The notes beneath the pieces are model-generated. The model did not search any database, had not been told where the DNA came from, and saw only the letters and a program-made list of their open reading frames with translations. From Acidobacteriota bacterium (GTDB lineage: Bacteria > Acidobacteriota > UBA6911 > JACQSX01), in NCBI GenBank assembly GCA_036507075.1, contig DASXQR010000010.1, positions 1-64,000 on the forward strand: DNA of 64,000 nucleotides. Reading direction: 5' to 3'. A program made the translations under genes and the position numbers. Shown here in pieces: positions 9,277 to 20,394 of the stretch (position 1 is its first letter; every line of letters begins with the position of its first letter).

Positions 9277-11029
9277 TTCGGAATTGCTCACTCTTGATGA
9301 TTCCGGATCCTTCTCTGATTACCACGAGCTGATCCACCGTTACTTTGGTCAATATCTCCTTATCGCCGTTGGGCCACCGGATTTCCAGATCGGCGGTCGA
9401 GGCTGCGCCTAAACCGAAGTGCAGTCGCGGATCACTGGAGGAATAGAAGCTTGACTGGCTGAGTACTTCCTGCGTCTGAGTCTTGCCGCCGTAACGCGCC
9501 GTAACGCGGCCGCCGATTGCGCCCCGGTTCGACTTCACGCCAACCAGCTTCACCTTCAGCCAGTGATGTCTGCCATTGAGATCATTGCGCAGAAGCGACG
9601 GTGGTTCGTTCAGGTTGATGATCAGCACATCCAGGTCGCCGTCATTATCGAAATCGCCGAACGCGCAGCCACGGCTGCAATGAGCAGCAGCAACGGCCGG
9701 GCCGGCCGCCTCAATCAACTCCTCGAACCGGCCATTCCCGAGATTGCGGAAGATCACGCGCGGGGTCTTCATCGGGTAATTCGGAAGCTTTGCTGCAACC
9801 TCCGGATACACGCTGCCGGTGACGAGGAATACGTCGGGATGACCGTCATTATCAAGGTCAACTATTCCCGCTCCCCATCCGACAAAGCGGGTCTCGACGC
9901 CGATACCGGCGGCGATGCTCACATCGTTGAAATAGCCCTTCCCGTCGTTGCGGTACAAAACGCTGATGTCGTCAGAAAAGTGGGTCTTGAAAATATCGAG
10001 GCTGCCATCCAGGTTATAGTCGCCCACGCCAAGGCCCATGCCGGCCTGCTCGCTGCCGTCTTCGTTGAGCGCTACGCCTGCTTCCAGGCCGACTTCGGTG
10101 AATGTTCCATCGTGATTGTTGCGGAAAAGAAGACTGGGCGTAGAGTCACAAGCGACGTAGATGTCCGGCCATCCGTCGTTGTTGAAGTCGGCTGCGACAG
10201 CCGTCATCAGATAACTGCCCTTTGCCTTGGCGACACCGGAGGCAATACTTACGTCACTGAAGGTGCCATCGCCGTTATTGCGATAGAGGGCCGGCACGCC
10301 GGGCGGGAGACCGCGCGGGCCACAATTGACCGGAATGCCCTTCCAGCGGCAGTTCACGTTGCTACCCGGCTTGGCGGCTGTATCGGGGTTGAATTCCAGA
10401 TAGTTTGCTACGAACAGGTCCAGTTGGCCGTTGCGGTCGTAATCAAGGAACGTGCAGCCGGAACCCCAGCGCTCTCCTTCATGGAGCAAGCCGGTTTCCC
10501 TGGTTACGTCGCTGAAGGTGCCGTCGCCGTTGTTGCGATAGAGAACGTTCTGGCCCCAGCAGGTAACGAACAGGTCGTCGAAGCCATCATTATTATAGTC
10601 GCCGACGGCGACCCCCGAAGCCCAACCGGTCCGGCGCAGGCCGGCCTTTTCAGTGACATCGGTGAACGTACCGTCCCGATTGTTCTTGTATAAGCGATTG
10701 GTCGCGTCAGGTGATACATCGAGCCTCGTGCCGCTGAGGACAAAGATGTCCATCCAGCCGTCGTTGTCGTAGTCAACGAAAGCCGCTCCGCACCCTACGG
10801 TTTCCAGGATGTACGATTTGCGATCTGGTTCGCCCCAGATCACCGGGTCACGCAAACCGGCAGAATGGGCAACATCGGTAAAGCGAGCGTAAAAAGGAAG
10901 TCCTGAAGGTTTGCCGCGCGGCGTCGGTTTCACGTTTCGGGAGGAAACCCCTTGTCCGCGCGCAACGCCTGTGCCAAGCACCTGCAACGCAAGCAACTTG
11001 GCGAAGCTTCTTCGACTCCACATCGGCAT
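9272..11029 (-). CDS. CRTAC1 family protein (FG-GAP/VCBS repeats plus ASPIC/UnbV domain)
   Basis: Repeated DYDNDG..D and YRNNGDGTF motifs; LHFGLG and EIRWPNG at C-terminus; SRRSF Tat-like signal. Confidence 0.92.
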   Translation of the reverse strand: MPMWSRRSFAKLLALQVLGTGVARGQGVSSRNVKPTPRGKPSGLPFYARFTDVAHSAGLRDPVIWGEPDRKSYILETVGCGAAFVDYDNDGWMDIFVLSGTRLDVSPDATNRLYKNNRDGTFTDVTEKAGLRRTGWASGVAVGDYNNDGFDDLFVTCWGQNVLYRNNGDGTFSDVTRETGLLHEGERWGSGCTFLDYDRNGQLDLFVANYLEFNPDTAAKPGSNVNCRWKGIPVNCGPRGLPPGVPALYRNNGDGTFSDVSIASGVAKAKGSYLMTAVAADFNNDGWPDIYVACDSTPSLLFRNNHDGTFTEVGLEAGVALNEDGSEQAGMGLGVGDYNLDGSLDIFKTHFSDDISVLYRNDGKGYFNDVSIAAGIGVETRFVGWGAGIVDLDNDGHPDVFLVTGSVYPEVAAKLPNYPMKTPRVIFRNLGNGRFEELIEAAGPAVAAAHCSRGCAFGDFDNDGDLDVLIINLNEPPSLLRNDLNGRHHWLKVKLVGVKSNRGAIGGRVTARYGGKTQTQEVLSQSSFYSSSDPRLHFGLGAASTADLEIRWPNGDKEILTKVTVDQLVVIREGSGIIKSEQFRS

Positions 11030-11063
11030 CTTAGTAGCCCCGCACAATCCAAGGCTGTTCCTT

Positions 11064-11180
11064 TTATTCGGGAGCGGAGAGACGGCCTGAGGGCCGTCTC
11101 AGCTTGGCAGGCACCGCAGAGAGACGGCCCTCAGGCCGTCTCTCCTTGACTTTTGGTTGCGGCAGCCAAACTAGATCACT
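11064..11180 (+). mobile_element. MITE/REP-like element, internally shortened copy
   Basis: Near identical to 11852-12017 and to the reverse complement of 56156-56320; contains two GAGACGGCC..GGCCGTCTC hairpins. Confidence 0.65.
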
Positions 11181-11203
11181 ACTCCGGCCCGACCCGCAAG
11201 CGC

Positions 11204-11713
11204 TCATCTGCCGCTGTGGTCGCTTTTTGTCTTAGCGACCCAGCCCGGGGCCGAATCTATTTTCTGCCGGAGAATGAGGTTTAGCTGTGCGGCATGGTGC
11301 TGGACGTGGCGCATATTGTACAGCAGTGACTCCGAGACGCTGACGTCAAGCCATCCAAACCCACAACGCTCACAAGCCTTCTCGTCCGCCAGAGCTTCAA
11401 TTGTCGCGCGGCACTTTTTGCGCCCATGCCCGAGATAGGTTTGAAGTTCGCCTTTCGTATACGGCCGTTCGGGAAGCAGCCCCGCTGGATCCAATTCGTC
11501 AAGTGTGAACGGAGCGGGGGGAACAAATCCCTCAACGGAGCCGGACAGGTAAAGATCGAGAAAGAAGAGAGTGTGATAGACCACGTACCAGAACTCCGGT
11601 CGCTGTGAGCGGTCGCTCCATAGCTCGTCGGGACAGGCGAGCATAGCATTCTCGAGCATGTCGATGGCCGCCCCGAACTGCTGCCAGAGGATTGCTCTCC
11701 AGGTAGTATCCAT
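11204..11713 (-). CDS. DinB family protein
   Basis: WQQFGAAIDMLENA start, FWYVVYH, YNMRHVQHHAAQL. Confidence 0.85.
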   Translation of the reverse strand: MDTTWRAILWQQFGAAIDMLENAMLACPDELWSDRSQRPEFWYVVYHTLFFLDLYLSGSVEGFVPPAPFTLDELDPAGLLPERPYTKGELQTYLGHGRKKCRATIEALADEKACERCGFGWLDVSVSESLLYNMRHVQHHAAQLNLILRQKIDSAPGWVAKTKSDHSGR

Positions 11714-11851
11714 TCCATTCCGGCGAGTTCCGCCTCGCTGATTGCGGTTTTCGGATAGATTGATTTTAATGCGAAGTAGAGTATTCCGAATGAAGATTTT
11801 CCGAGAGGGAAAGATTTGAAAGCGGAATCCGGTAGCGATCTGGTTTGTACT

Positions 11852-12017
11852 CAAATTATTCGGGAGCGGAGAGACGGCCTGAGGGCCGTCGCAGCTTGGC
11901 AGGGCACCGCAGAGAGACGGCCCTCAGGCCGTCTCTCCTTGACTTTTGGTTGCGGCTTCGCCGCGCTAAGTCTCTGTGGTGAATTCTTTTTCTCGATGGC
12001 ATCCAAACTAGATCACT
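11852..12017 (+). mobile_element. MITE/REP-like element, full ~165 bp copy
   Basis: CAAATTATTCGGGAGCGGAGAGACGGCC...TTTTGGTTGCGGC...CTCTGTGGTGAA...CTAGATCACT; three copies in the window. Confidence 0.65.
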
Positions 12018-12072
12018 TCTCGGAATCCGGAGCGTTTGAATCGAGCAGGCGGCAAGGGTAAGATAAAAAATT

Positions 12073-14112
12073 ATGTCGCCCGCGCCCACCCGAATAGGCA
12101 AGGCCGTTCTCAGCCTGGTTTGCGTTTTTTTACTGGTTGCGGCGCAACAAGGTGTTTTCCCCGCGCAAGAGCCTCTCTCGCCGCTGCATCAGGGTTTCTT
12201 CGTGGCAACGCTTTACCCCGTTCTGGAGAAGGCCGGCTGCCGCTCGTGCCATAACCCGGACGGCGTGGCTTCGGCTACGCGCCTCCAATTCCCCGAAACG
12301 GACGCAAGGCCCGAAGGTATCGAGGCTTTTGGGAGATCCCTTGTCGCACTCGTGGATCAAAACAAGCCGGAAGAGTCACAGCTCTTCCGGAAGCCCACCA
12401 ACCGCATCCCGCACACCGGCGGCGAGCGGATCAAGCCCGGGAGCGACGAGGAAGTGATTCTGAAGGAGTGGATTCAATACTTGACCGGGCTGACAGGCGA
12501 TGAACTTGCGCGAGCTCTAAGGTACCGCGACAAGAACGCTCTGACCGCTGGTCACCCGCGCGCTGCAGCGGTGCTGCGACGACTGACTCACACGCAGTAC
12601 AACAACACGGTCAGAGATCTGCTTGGCGACCAGACCGCTCCGGCAAATCAGTTCCCTCCCGAAGACTTCGTCAACGGCTTCAAAAACCAGTACCAGTCGC
12701 AGAACCTTTCACCGCTGCTGGTCGAATCTTACAGCGCAGCCGCGGAGAAGCTTGCTCGCAATGCCTTTCAGGGAGGCGACCGGCGCGGCCTGATTCCGTG
12801 CAAGACTTCGCCCGCGTGCCGCACCCAGTTCGTGCGCGAGTTCGGCTTGAAGGCATTCCGGAGACCCCTTGACCCCGATGAGCAGGAACGATATGAGGCG
12901 CTTTTCCGACGCGAGACGGATCTTTCAAGGGGAGCGCAGATTGTAGTCGAGACAATGCTCCAGTCCCCGCATTTTCTGTTCCGCCTGGAAGAAACTTCTA
13001 ATCCGAAGTGGAAGCCATACGCCACGGCGGCCCGGCTCTCCTATGCTCTTTGGGAAACTATGCCGGATGCGTGGTTGCTCGAGAGCGCTGCGCGCGGTGA
13101 CCTCTCGACGCCTCAGGGCGTTGAGATGGCGGCCCGCCGGATGCTTGCCGATCCACGCGCCCGCCAGGCACTCGATGAGTTTGTCGCACAGTGGATGCGC
13201 TTTGACCGCATCCTGACTGCCGCCAAGGACCGCCGGCGTTTCCCGCAGTTCAGCCGCGAAACGGCCGTCGCCATGACTGAGGAGACTCGGCAATTCATCG
13301 CCGACCTGGTCTGGAACGATCGTAACTTCATGGATCTTTTCGCTGCCGACTACACCCTCATGAGCGCGGATCTGGCGAAGATCTACGGCGTCGGCCCTCC
13401 CGCCAGGGATTTTGATCGCGTGAAATTCGGTCCGGAATCCGAGCGTGCCGGCTTGCTAGGGCAAACCCTGTTCCTGGCCCTGACTTCCAAGCCTGATGAT
13501 TCATCTCCCACAGCACGGGGGCTTTTCATTCGGGAACAGTTTCTCTGCCAGCATGTCTCCGAGCCGCCGCCGGGCGTCAACACTAACCTTCCCCCAATCA
13601 CCGAGGTAAGACCCCAGACGAACCGCGAGCGCATGCGCGAGCACGTCACCAACCCGAGTTGCTCGACCTGTCACAACCTGATTGATCCTATCGGCTTTGG
13701 CTTCGAGAAGTTCGACGCGATCGGGGCTCGGCGCCAAAAGTTCAAGCTGCTGTTTTTCTCTGAGTATGAGGGCGACAACCGCCGGCCGCCGCCCAAGACT
13801 ATTGAGCTCGAGATGGACACTACGGGCCATGTGGCCGGCATTCCGGACTCGACATTCTCCTCACCGCGCGAGCTGGGTGCGCTGCTGTCCCGTTTGCCAC
13901 AGTGTCAGGAATGCCTGGTGAAGCAGTACTTCCGTTACATTGCGGGACGAATGGAAACCCCGGCCGACCGGCCGCTGATCCGGCGCGTATTTGAAGATTT
14001 CCGCCAATCGCAATTTCATTTCAAGGAGCTTATAATCTCGTTAGTGCGATCGAGAGAGTTTCCTGGCGGAGGAGAGAATCCCAATGTCGCAGATCATCAC
14101 AAAACGCGTTAG
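12073..14112 (+). CDS. DUF1592/DUF1588/DUF1587/DUF1595/DUF1585 (PSD) domain protein with CxxCH motifs
   Basis: CRSCH and [44 protein letters not shown]. Confidence 0.9.
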   Translation: MSPAPTRIGKAVLSLVCVFLLVAAQQGVFPAQEPLSPLHQGFFVATLYPVLEKAGCRSCHNPDGVASATRLQFPETDARPEGIEAFGRSLVALVDQNKPEESQLFRKPTNRIPHTGGERIKPGSDEEVILKEWIQYLTGLTGDELARALRYRDKNALTAGHPRAAAVLRRLTHTQYNNTVRDLLGDQTAPANQFPPEDFVNGFKNQYQSQNLSPLLVESYSAAAEKLARNAFQGGDRRGLIPCKTSPACRTQFVREFGLKAFRRPLDPDEQERYEALFRRETDLSRGAQIVVETMLQSPHFLFRLEETSNPKWKPYATAARLSYALWETMPDAWLLESAARGDLSTPQGVEMAARRMLADPRARQALDEFVAQWMRFDRILTAAKDRRRFPQFSRETAVAMTEETRQFIADLVWNDRNFMDLFAADYTLMSADLAKIYGVGPPARDFDRVKFGPESERAGLLGQTLFLALTSKPDDSSPTARGLFIREQFLCQHVSEPPPGVNTNLPPITEVRPQTNRERMREHVTNPSCSTCHNLIDPIGFGFEKFDAIGARRQKFKLLFFSEYEGDNRRPPPKTIELEMDTTGHVAGIPDSTFSSPRELGALLSRLPQCQECLVKQYFRYIAGRMETPADRPLIRRVFEDFRQSQFHFKELIISLVRSREFPGGGENPNVADHHKTR

Positions 14113-15430
14113 GTTGTCGCGCCGAACATTCTTGAAGGGATTCACGCTTTCAAGCGCGCCCATCCTGGTGGGGCTGCCGCCGCTGGTCTCGATGTTCAAC
14201 TCCCACGGCACTGCTTACGCGGCCGATCCGATCACTGCCAAATTGGCCGAAAGTCCTATCGAAAGCCGTTTCGTCCTGTGGTTCAACGGCAACGGAATTC
14301 CGGAGAGATATTGGATTCCGGCCGAGACGGGCACGGATTTCCGGATGACACCATGTCTTTCGCCCCTGGCTCCTTTCCGCAAAGACATTCACGTCATTAG
14401 CGGTTTGGACAACGCCGCAGCAGCACTCCCCGGTCCGGGCAACGGCCACCATAAATCGATGAGCGGCCTGATGAGCTGCACGCCCTTTAGCGGGCGCGGC
14501 GCCAGCGGACCTTCCATTGACCAGGCGATCGCCGCAAGGATCGGCGGCGAGTCTCGCTTCCGGTCGTTGCAGATCGGCGTCTCACAGGAGTCCTTCGGGG
14601 AAAGCATCCAGCGAAACATGAGCTGGTCCGGCTACGAGCGGGCCCTGCCGCCCGAGATGATTCCACACAAGCTTTTCGATCGGCTCTTCGGCCGGCGAGA
14701 TGCGGCGTGGGTCAACCGCAAACGCAGCATTCTGGATGCGGTGCGCGAGGATGCCAGTGCACTAAAGAAGCAATTGCCCGTGGACGACCAGGCTCGCGTG
14801 GAGGAACATCTGTCGGGCATCCGCGACCTGGAAAGGGCGATCGCCGGACTGCCGTCCGAGTACCAGCGTGTCGACCCGCCCGATTTCGATGGCGACATGA
14901 AAGACTGGCCGCGCATCGCCAAACTCCAGAGCGACCTTTTGGTTCACGCTTTTGCGACGCGGCAGACGCGCGTCGCTTCCTACATGCTCACCAAGTGCCA
15001 GGGGCTGGCCCGCTTTCCCTGGCTGGGTCTTACGGCCGCGCGCCATCACGATTACACCCATGCCGACGGCAAAGCGCCAGGCGCGGACGCTCTGGAAGGC
15101 CAGCGGATTTTGCGGGACATCTGCCGCTGGCACGTGGAAGAATTCGCCTATCTGCTGGCCCGGCTGAAATCTATTCCGGAAGGAGATGGCACGCTGCTCG
15201 ACCGCTGCTGCCTGGTCTACGTCCACGAGCACGCCGAAGCCAATCCGCACAAAAACCACGGTCTCGGCTTGATTGTCGCCGGCCACTCGAACCAACTGGC
15301 CACTGGGCGCCATTCGCGGATGACGGGAACTTTCGGCGATTTTTATTTGACGCTGGCCGACGGGATCATGCGTGCCGGTCTCGGCAAGTTTCCCACCGCA
15401 ACCAGGAAGCTGAGCGGTCTGTTGGTGTAA
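14084..15430 (+). CDS. DUF1552 family protein, Tat signal
   Basis: [29 protein letters not shown]; overlaps upstream DUF1592 gene as usual for this pair. Confidence 0.9.
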   Translation: MSQIITKRVRLSRRTFLKGFTLSSAPILVGLPPLVSMFNSHGTAYAADPITAKLAESPIESRFVLWFNGNGIPERYWIPAETGTDFRMTPCLSPLAPFRKDIHVISGLDNAAAALPGPGNGHHKSMSGLMSCTPFSGRGASGPSIDQAIAARIGGESRFRSLQIGVSQESFGESIQRNMSWSGYERALPPEMIPHKLFDRLFGRRDAAWVNRKRSILDAVREDASALKKQLPVDDQARVEEHLSGIRDLERAIAGLPSEYQRVDPPDFDGDMKDWPRIAKLQSDLLVHAFATRQTRVASYMLTKCQGLARFPWLGLTAARHHDYTHADGKAPGADALEGQRILRDICRWHVEEFAYLLARLKSIPEGDGTLLDRCCLVYVHEHAEANPHKNHGLGLIVAGHSNQLATGRHSRMTGTFGDFYLTLADGIMRAGLGKFPTATRKLSGLLV

Positions 15431-15458
15431 TCTCGCAAATGCCGTTTAGGCGGTAAAA

Positions 15459-15513
15459 CTTCGTGTCTTCGTGACCAAAATCGAGACTGCCACGAAGACA
15501 CAAAGACACGAAG
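15459..15513. repeat. CACGAAG-type periodic repeat pair between convergent genes
   Basis: CTTCGTGTCTTCGTG ... CCACGAAGACACAAAGACACGAAG. Confidence 0.65.
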
Positions 15514-15563
15514 GGCGGGATTAACCTCGCCGCCAGGCTGGCGGCATAATCATCTCACACGCA

Positions 15564-16487
15564 TCATTCCACCACCCGGCCGGTGCGAGGTCCTTCCCAG
15601 GGTCCGTGGAAAATCCGGGCTTTTGGTTTTGCCTGCCTAAGTGCAGCAACACCTTTCTCGGTCACTGCGGTTCCCTTTAAGTCCAGAACACGCAGTGACG
15701 GCCAGGAGGCCAGCGTCCGCACGGCGGTGTTGTCCACCCGTTTGCATCCCTGCAGATTCAGTCGCTCGAGTTTATCAAGGGCCTTCAGCTTTTCCAGCCA
15801 TCGAGCAGAGACCGGCATCCCATCCAGCCGAAGTTCGCGCAACTCTTTTAGCGCAATAACCGCATCCAGTCCCAACTCGGTCAGGCTGATGGACCAGAGA
15901 CCGGAATCTGTACGCTGGTATCCGCTCAGATCCAGGGAAATCAGGCCGGGTAGCTGCCGCAGCGCCTGCAACCCCACGTCGGTGAGCTTGCTGCCGCCGA
16001 TGGCTAATTCCTTAAGGTTCGGCAGCGAAGCGAGATAGTCCAGCCCGACGTCCGTGATCTGCGCGAAACTGACGTCCAGGGATTCAAGACTGGTGACACC
16101 GGAGAGATGCTCCAGCGTCGTGTCTGTGATCTTGGTACCGCGCAGGTTCAGCCGCTTCAGTTTCTTCCAACCCTTCAGTGCGACCATCCCCTCATCGGTG
16201 ATCAGCTCGGCATAGCAGAGATTCAGGTCCACAATGCCGGGCGAGTTTTTCAGTTGCTGCAGACCGTGGTCCGTGATGCGGGTCAGCGATAGATCGACCT
16301 GTGTGACGTGGGAGAGTTGTGCCAGTCGCGCCAAATCCGAGTCGGTGACCCAACTGGAACGCAGGTCGACGACGCTGATGCGTCCCGCTTTATCGCGAAT
16401 CACCACGCCACCCGCCCTTGATATCCAGTCGGGAACGCCGGCCAGCGTCAGTACTGCTGCCGTCAGAATCTGGCACACGTATTTCAT
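15564..16487 (-). CDS. Leucine-rich repeat protein (RNI-like/AMN1 type), secreted
   Basis: About 24-25 aa LxxLxLxxTxITDxGL repeats; hydrophobic N-terminus. Confidence 0.88.
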   Translation of the reverse strand: MKYVCQILTAAVLTLAGVPDWISRAGGVVIRDKAGRISVVDLRSSWVTDSDLARLAQLSHVTQVDLSLTRITDHGLQQLKNSPGIVDLNLCYAELITDEGMVALKGWKKLKRLNLRGTKITDTTLEHLSGVTSLESLDVSFAQITDVGLDYLASLPNLKELAIGGSKLTDVGLQALRQLPGLISLDLSGYQRTDSGLWSISLTELGLDAVIALKELRELRLDGMPVSARWLEKLKALDKLERLNLQGCKRVDNTAVRTLASWPSLRVLDLKGTAVTEKGVAALRQAKPKARIFHGPWEGPRTGRVVE

Positions 16488-16520
16488 TGTTAATAATTCA
16501 ATAATCCAGGCAACAATTCT

Positions 16521-16585
16521 TTCACCACAAAGGCACAAAGGAAGCCTTGCGTCTTGCTTTGTGTCCTTGGTGTCTTTGTGGTGAA
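16521..16585. repeat. CACAAAG-type inverted repeat
   Basis: TTCACCACAAAGGCACAAAGG ... CCTTGGTGTCTTTGTGGTGAA. Confidence 0.8.
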
Positions 16586-16615
16586 AACGTCATACGGGAA
16601 CATATGAAACAAACA

Positions 16616-18601
16616 CTAGCTCTTCCTCCGATTCGGCAGCGATGAGTCGCGGTCGAAGATGATCTGGCATGCAGGGAGGGCAGCCTTCAACCGCTCGTAT
16701 CCCTTCTCTGTGACGAGCGTGTGATAAAGATTCAGAGACTTAAGGTTCACCATCGACTGGAGTGCGGCAACGCCGGCGTCGGTGATGTTTGTTGTGTCGA
16801 GCCTTAGATCACGCAGGTGCGTAAGTGACTTCAACAGTTCGAGAGCCTTGTCGTCCACCGAAGTGTAATCCAGGTTCAACACTGCAAGATTCTTGAGCGA
16901 CGCTATGGCGCTGATCCCGGCATTGCTCGTTCGGGTTCGGAACAGCTCCAGCCGCTCCAGGCTTTCGAGCGGCCGCAGGTACTCCAGCCCCTTGTCGGTA
17001 AACCGGGCGTGGTTCAGCGAGAGCTCGCGAAGCCCTGTGATCGCGCCCAGGTGGCGCAGCCCTTCATCACCCGTGTCGGTGCCGTCGAGGTCAAGCACCT
17101 TTAATCGATCGAGCTTCCCGATGTGCTTCAGCCCGTCGTTGGTAATATCCGTCGAACTCAGGAGTAACCGCTCGATACTCGGAATTTCAGTGATCTGCCG
17201 CAGTCCCTCATTACCCACGGGCGCTCCCGTGAGGTCTAAACTTACCAGTGCTCTCAGACTTTTCAGGTTACCTAGTCCTGCTCCGCGAACCAAAGTGCCG
17301 GAAAGCCGCAGCCCGTGAAGCTGCTGAAGGCTCGCCAAGTGTGCCAGTCCACTGTCGGAAACGGTTGTGTGACTCAGGTTCAATTCCTCCAGGCTGGCAA
17401 GATTCTTGAGCGCGGCCAGGCCCAGATCCCCGATCTCCGTCGCTTCGAGATTCAGTTTCTCGAGCGACGCCAATGATCCTATATGCGCGAGTTGGGCATC
17501 ATTGATACCGGTCGAGGCCAGGGAGATGGCCCGGAGTCTTCCGCCGGAGAATTCCGTGGTTCCCCCAAGGGCTTTCACCCAGGCTGCGATCGATTCATCG
17601 CCGGTGCCGGCCGGACGAATTGTCGCCCCACTGTCAGCCCGAGCCGCTCGTGCGTTCACGAAACTGACCTTGCAGGCCGGGACGGCGGCATGAAACGCCT
17701 CGACTCCTGTGCCGCTCACACGGCTGTACCGGAGATCGAGACTGTTCAACTCCTTTAGAGCTCGCAGCTTTGACAGACCCGCATTCGTGATTCGGCTCCC
17801 GTAAAGATTTAGTTCCTGCAGGTGTGCCATGCCCGCCAGCACGTCCACCGATGCGTCGGTGACATTTGCGCCGAGAAGATTCAGCTTTCGCATCTCAGTA
17901 AGATTGCGCATATCCGCCAACCCGACATCGGTCACCTTCGTGCCACTGAGATCCAGCTCCCGGAGCTGTGTGAGTTTGCTCAGATGCTTCACACCCTTAT
18001 CGGTCACCAGGGTGTCGCGCAGCCCGAGCCGCCGCAACTCTTTCAGCCCCTCCAGTCCTTTCATGCCCTCGTCGGTAAAGGAAGAGAGGCTCAGATCAAG
18101 CGACTCCAATTTCACCCACGGCGCCAGGCTGAGCTTTGCAATCCGGCATTGCGCGCAACGAAAATCCTTCAGTTGGGTCAGACCGGCAAGGTGAGCCAGT
18201 CCCTTGTCCTGAACGTTCACGTTAGTCAGAAAATGGAGACTGAAGTAAAGCTTCTCCAGGTTTCTTAGCCCTGCCAGGAACTTCAGCTCATCGTTGGCGT
18301 CCAGACGGCTGCCCGACCCCGGGTTCCAACTCGGACCGGGCAGGTAAAGCTCTCTCAGCCCGGTGAGGGTCGCGATTTTTTTCAAATCAGCAGGTTCAAT
18401 CAGAGTTCCGAACAGGTCGATCCCGCCGATGCGGACCTCGCCGGCAGGCAAGCGCGCAACGTTTGCTATCGGCTTGCGGCTGCCCTCGAGGATGACCCGT
18501 CCACCCTGTCGGATCACCCACTCCGCGATGTCGCGCTCCGCGGCCATGACTGTCACAGCCATTGAAACAACGAGCAATATCACTCCGCTCCAAATCTTCA
18601 T
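16616..18601 (-). CDS. Leucine-rich repeat protein with two LRR blocks, signal peptide
   Basis: About 20 LxxLxLxxTxVTDxGL repeats; AWVKALGG cap motifs. Confidence 0.9.
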   Translation of the reverse strand: MKIWSGVILLVVSMAVTVMAAERDIAEWVIRQGGRVILEGSRKPIANVARLPAGEVRIGGIDLFGTLIEPADLKKIATLTGLRELYLPGPSWNPGSGSRLDANDELKFLAGLRNLEKLYFSLHFLTNVNVQDKGLAHLAGLTQLKDFRCAQCRIAKLSLAPWVKLESLDLSLSSFTDEGMKGLEGLKELRRLGLRDTLVTDKGVKHLSKLTQLRELDLSGTKVTDVGLADMRNLTEMRKLNLLGANVTDASVDVLAGMAHLQELNLYGSRITNAGLSKLRALKELNSLDLRYSRVSGTGVEAFHAAVPACKVSFVNARAARADSGATIRPAGTGDESIAAWVKALGGTTEFSGGRLRAISLASTGINDAQLAHIGSLASLEKLNLEATEIGDLGLAALKNLASLEELNLSHTTVSDSGLAHLASLQQLHGLRLSGTLVRGAGLGNLKSLRALVSLDLTGAPVGNEGLRQITEIPSIERLLLSSTDITNDGLKHIGKLDRLKVLDLDGTDTGDEGLRHLGAITGLRELSLNHARFTDKGLEYLRPLESLERLELFRTRTSNAGISAIASLKNLAVLNLDYTSVDDKALELLKSLTHLRDLRLDTTNITDAGVAALQSMVNLKSLNLYHTLVTEKGYERLKAALPACQIIFDRDSSLPNRRKS

Positions 18602-18689
18602 AAGAAGTTAGTATTATTCTGTATTTGTTTCGTCAATCGCAACTTCGCCCCGGCGCCGGTAGAGGTCTAGCTTGTGCTGCCCGTCGGAC

Positions 18690-18966
18690 TTCACCACAGA
18701 GGCACAGCCCGGCCCGAAAGATCCCACGTCCACGTTCACGCCCACGTCTACCATTACGTCTACAATCTTCCACCGATGCTGTGCAGGCTGCACAGAATTG
18801 AAACTGATCGTTTTGTCGTAATCGTAGACCTGAGACATGGACGTTGGTGCGCTCATGAACGTAGGACGTTGACGTGATTGTGCTCGTAGGCGTTAGACGT
18901 GTTCGTTGACGTGCACGTGCTCGTGAACGTGGACGGCTTTTTGGCTGCAGCCTACGGCCGGGCTAT
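18690..18966. repeat. Composite element: CACCACAGAGGCACAGCCCGGCC termini enclosing hexamer-periodic arms
   Basis: Same termini as 54892-55009; arms CACGTC CACGTT CACGCC CACGTC / GACGTG CACGTG CTCGTG AACGTG GACGGC. Confidence 0.75.
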
Positions 18967-18987
18967 GACCCCTAAGGTTCCGCTATA

Positions 18988-19782
18988 TCATCGCTTCCCA
19001 AACCTTGCCCCGATTCCCAGCCCCAAGCGGATCGCAATCTCGACCGGGGAATAGCTGCCGTCGTCACGGTGAAGCTGGAATGGTTCTGCCGGATAGAGAG
19101 GCGGTTGCGCCATGAAACGCGGCTCGGAGCCGTGATGTGGTCGAGCGGCGTGGACGAGGAACGGGTGACAGAGGTAAACGGTGCCGGCCGCGCCCGTCGC
19201 GAGCGCGATCTCCTGATCTTTGGGCGTATCCAGCTTTGCGGCAAGTTCCAGGTACGACAAGCCGGCATCTCCGGCCGGTTCCAACAACTGCGGTACATCC
19301 AAGTGAGACCCGACCCAAATGCGCGTCGGCGCATCATCCTGGTGGACGTCGGAAAAGAGAAAAAGCATCAGCAAGGCGCGGCCGTAAGATTTCACATTGA
19401 GTCGCCAAGAGCCGTCATCCCCCGCGAAGCTGGCATCGGCGTGCCAGCCGGTATCGCCTGGATCATCGGGGTTAGGAAACCGGATCGGAAATGTGCCAAG
19501 GCTGGACCGCGGAAGCCAGCGCCCTGTGCCCACGAGTCGGTCAAATGCGGCCTGCAGTCGAGGTGACGTCACCGCTAACCGGAACGGTTCTTGTGCGTAG
19601 TCGCCCAGCCGAATGACCGGCCGTGTCCATGTCGCACGGTCATGAGGATCGCAACCGGTGTCGTGCCACAACAGTTTGCGGCCTCTGTCGGCCAATTCCC
19701 GAGGGAAGGCGTGATCGAGACGGATAAATCCGTTTTCTATGAACTGCTGCACCTGCACGTCATCCAAGGCGTCGTTCATCAA
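18988..19782 (-). CDS. Phytanoyl-CoA dioxygenase (PhyH) family protein
   Basis: QFIENGFIRL, WHAD (HxD) and HPFLVH distal His. Confidence 0.85.
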   Translation of the reverse strand: MMNDALDDVQVQQFIENGFIRLDHAFPRELADRGRKLLWHDTGCDPHDRATWTRPVIRLGDYAQEPFRLAVTSPRLQAAFDRLVGTGRWLPRSSLGTFPIRFPNPDDPGDTGWHADASFAGDDGSWRLNVKSYGRALLMLFLFSDVHQDDAPTRIWVGSHLDVPQLLEPAGDAGLSYLELAAKLDTPKDQEIALATGAAGTVYLCHPFLVHAARPHHGSEPRFMAQPPLYPAEPFQLHRDDGSYSPVEIAIRLGLGIGARFGKR

Positions 19783-19788
19783 AGTCCG

Positions 19789-20307
19789 CTACCGTGGATA
19801 CGTTGGGTTCTCGGGAAAAAACTTTGCCGGCTCTCCCCGAGTTTTCCGGTAGAGGTTTCGAATCGTGCGAATCTGGCCGCAGTGCATGGCGACATGCATC
19901 GCCTGATGATATCCAAGGAAATATGTTCGACCTGAAGCCTCAACAGAATGGCCATAGGCCGCCGCGGTGCGCTGTTGTAAATCGTGCAGCGTTGCCGTGC
20001 GCAAAATATCAAGAAACCCGATATATAGTTCCTCCAGCTTGTCAAGATTAAGTTGGAAATCAAGCGCAACGGCGTCGATTTCTTCCTGAAGAGCCGGCGT
20101 AACGTCCGATGGCATTGCATTCCCGGTTTTTAGACTGTCCAGATGCCACTGTGCTTCGATCCGGAGATGTCTCACGATGACGTTGATGCTATTGCCCTGC
20201 GGTAGCGGTCGCCAATTGATCTCGGCGTCGCTTAAATCGTCGACGGTATCCTGCAAGAGGCTCCAAATACATTGATTTTCGGAAATGACGCGCAAGGCAT
20301 CGTCCAT
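19789..20307 (-). CDS. DinB family protein
   Basis: NSINVIVRHL and HVAMHCGQIR motifs. Confidence 0.82.
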   Translation of the reverse strand: MDDALRVISENQCIWSLLQDTVDDLSDAEINWRPLPQGNSINVIVRHLRIEAQWHLDSLKTGNAMPSDVTPALQEEIDAVALDFQLNLDKLEELYIGFLDILRTATLHDLQQRTAAAYGHSVEASGRTYFLGYHQAMHVAMHCGQIRTIRNLYRKTRGEPAKFFPENPTYPR

Positions 20308-20394
20308 GGATATCCCTTCATTTCGCCGCTGCTTGCTTTAGCACCGTCTTGGCGATCCGGTCGGCGTTCCGGAGAACATACAAGGCCGTTAGCC

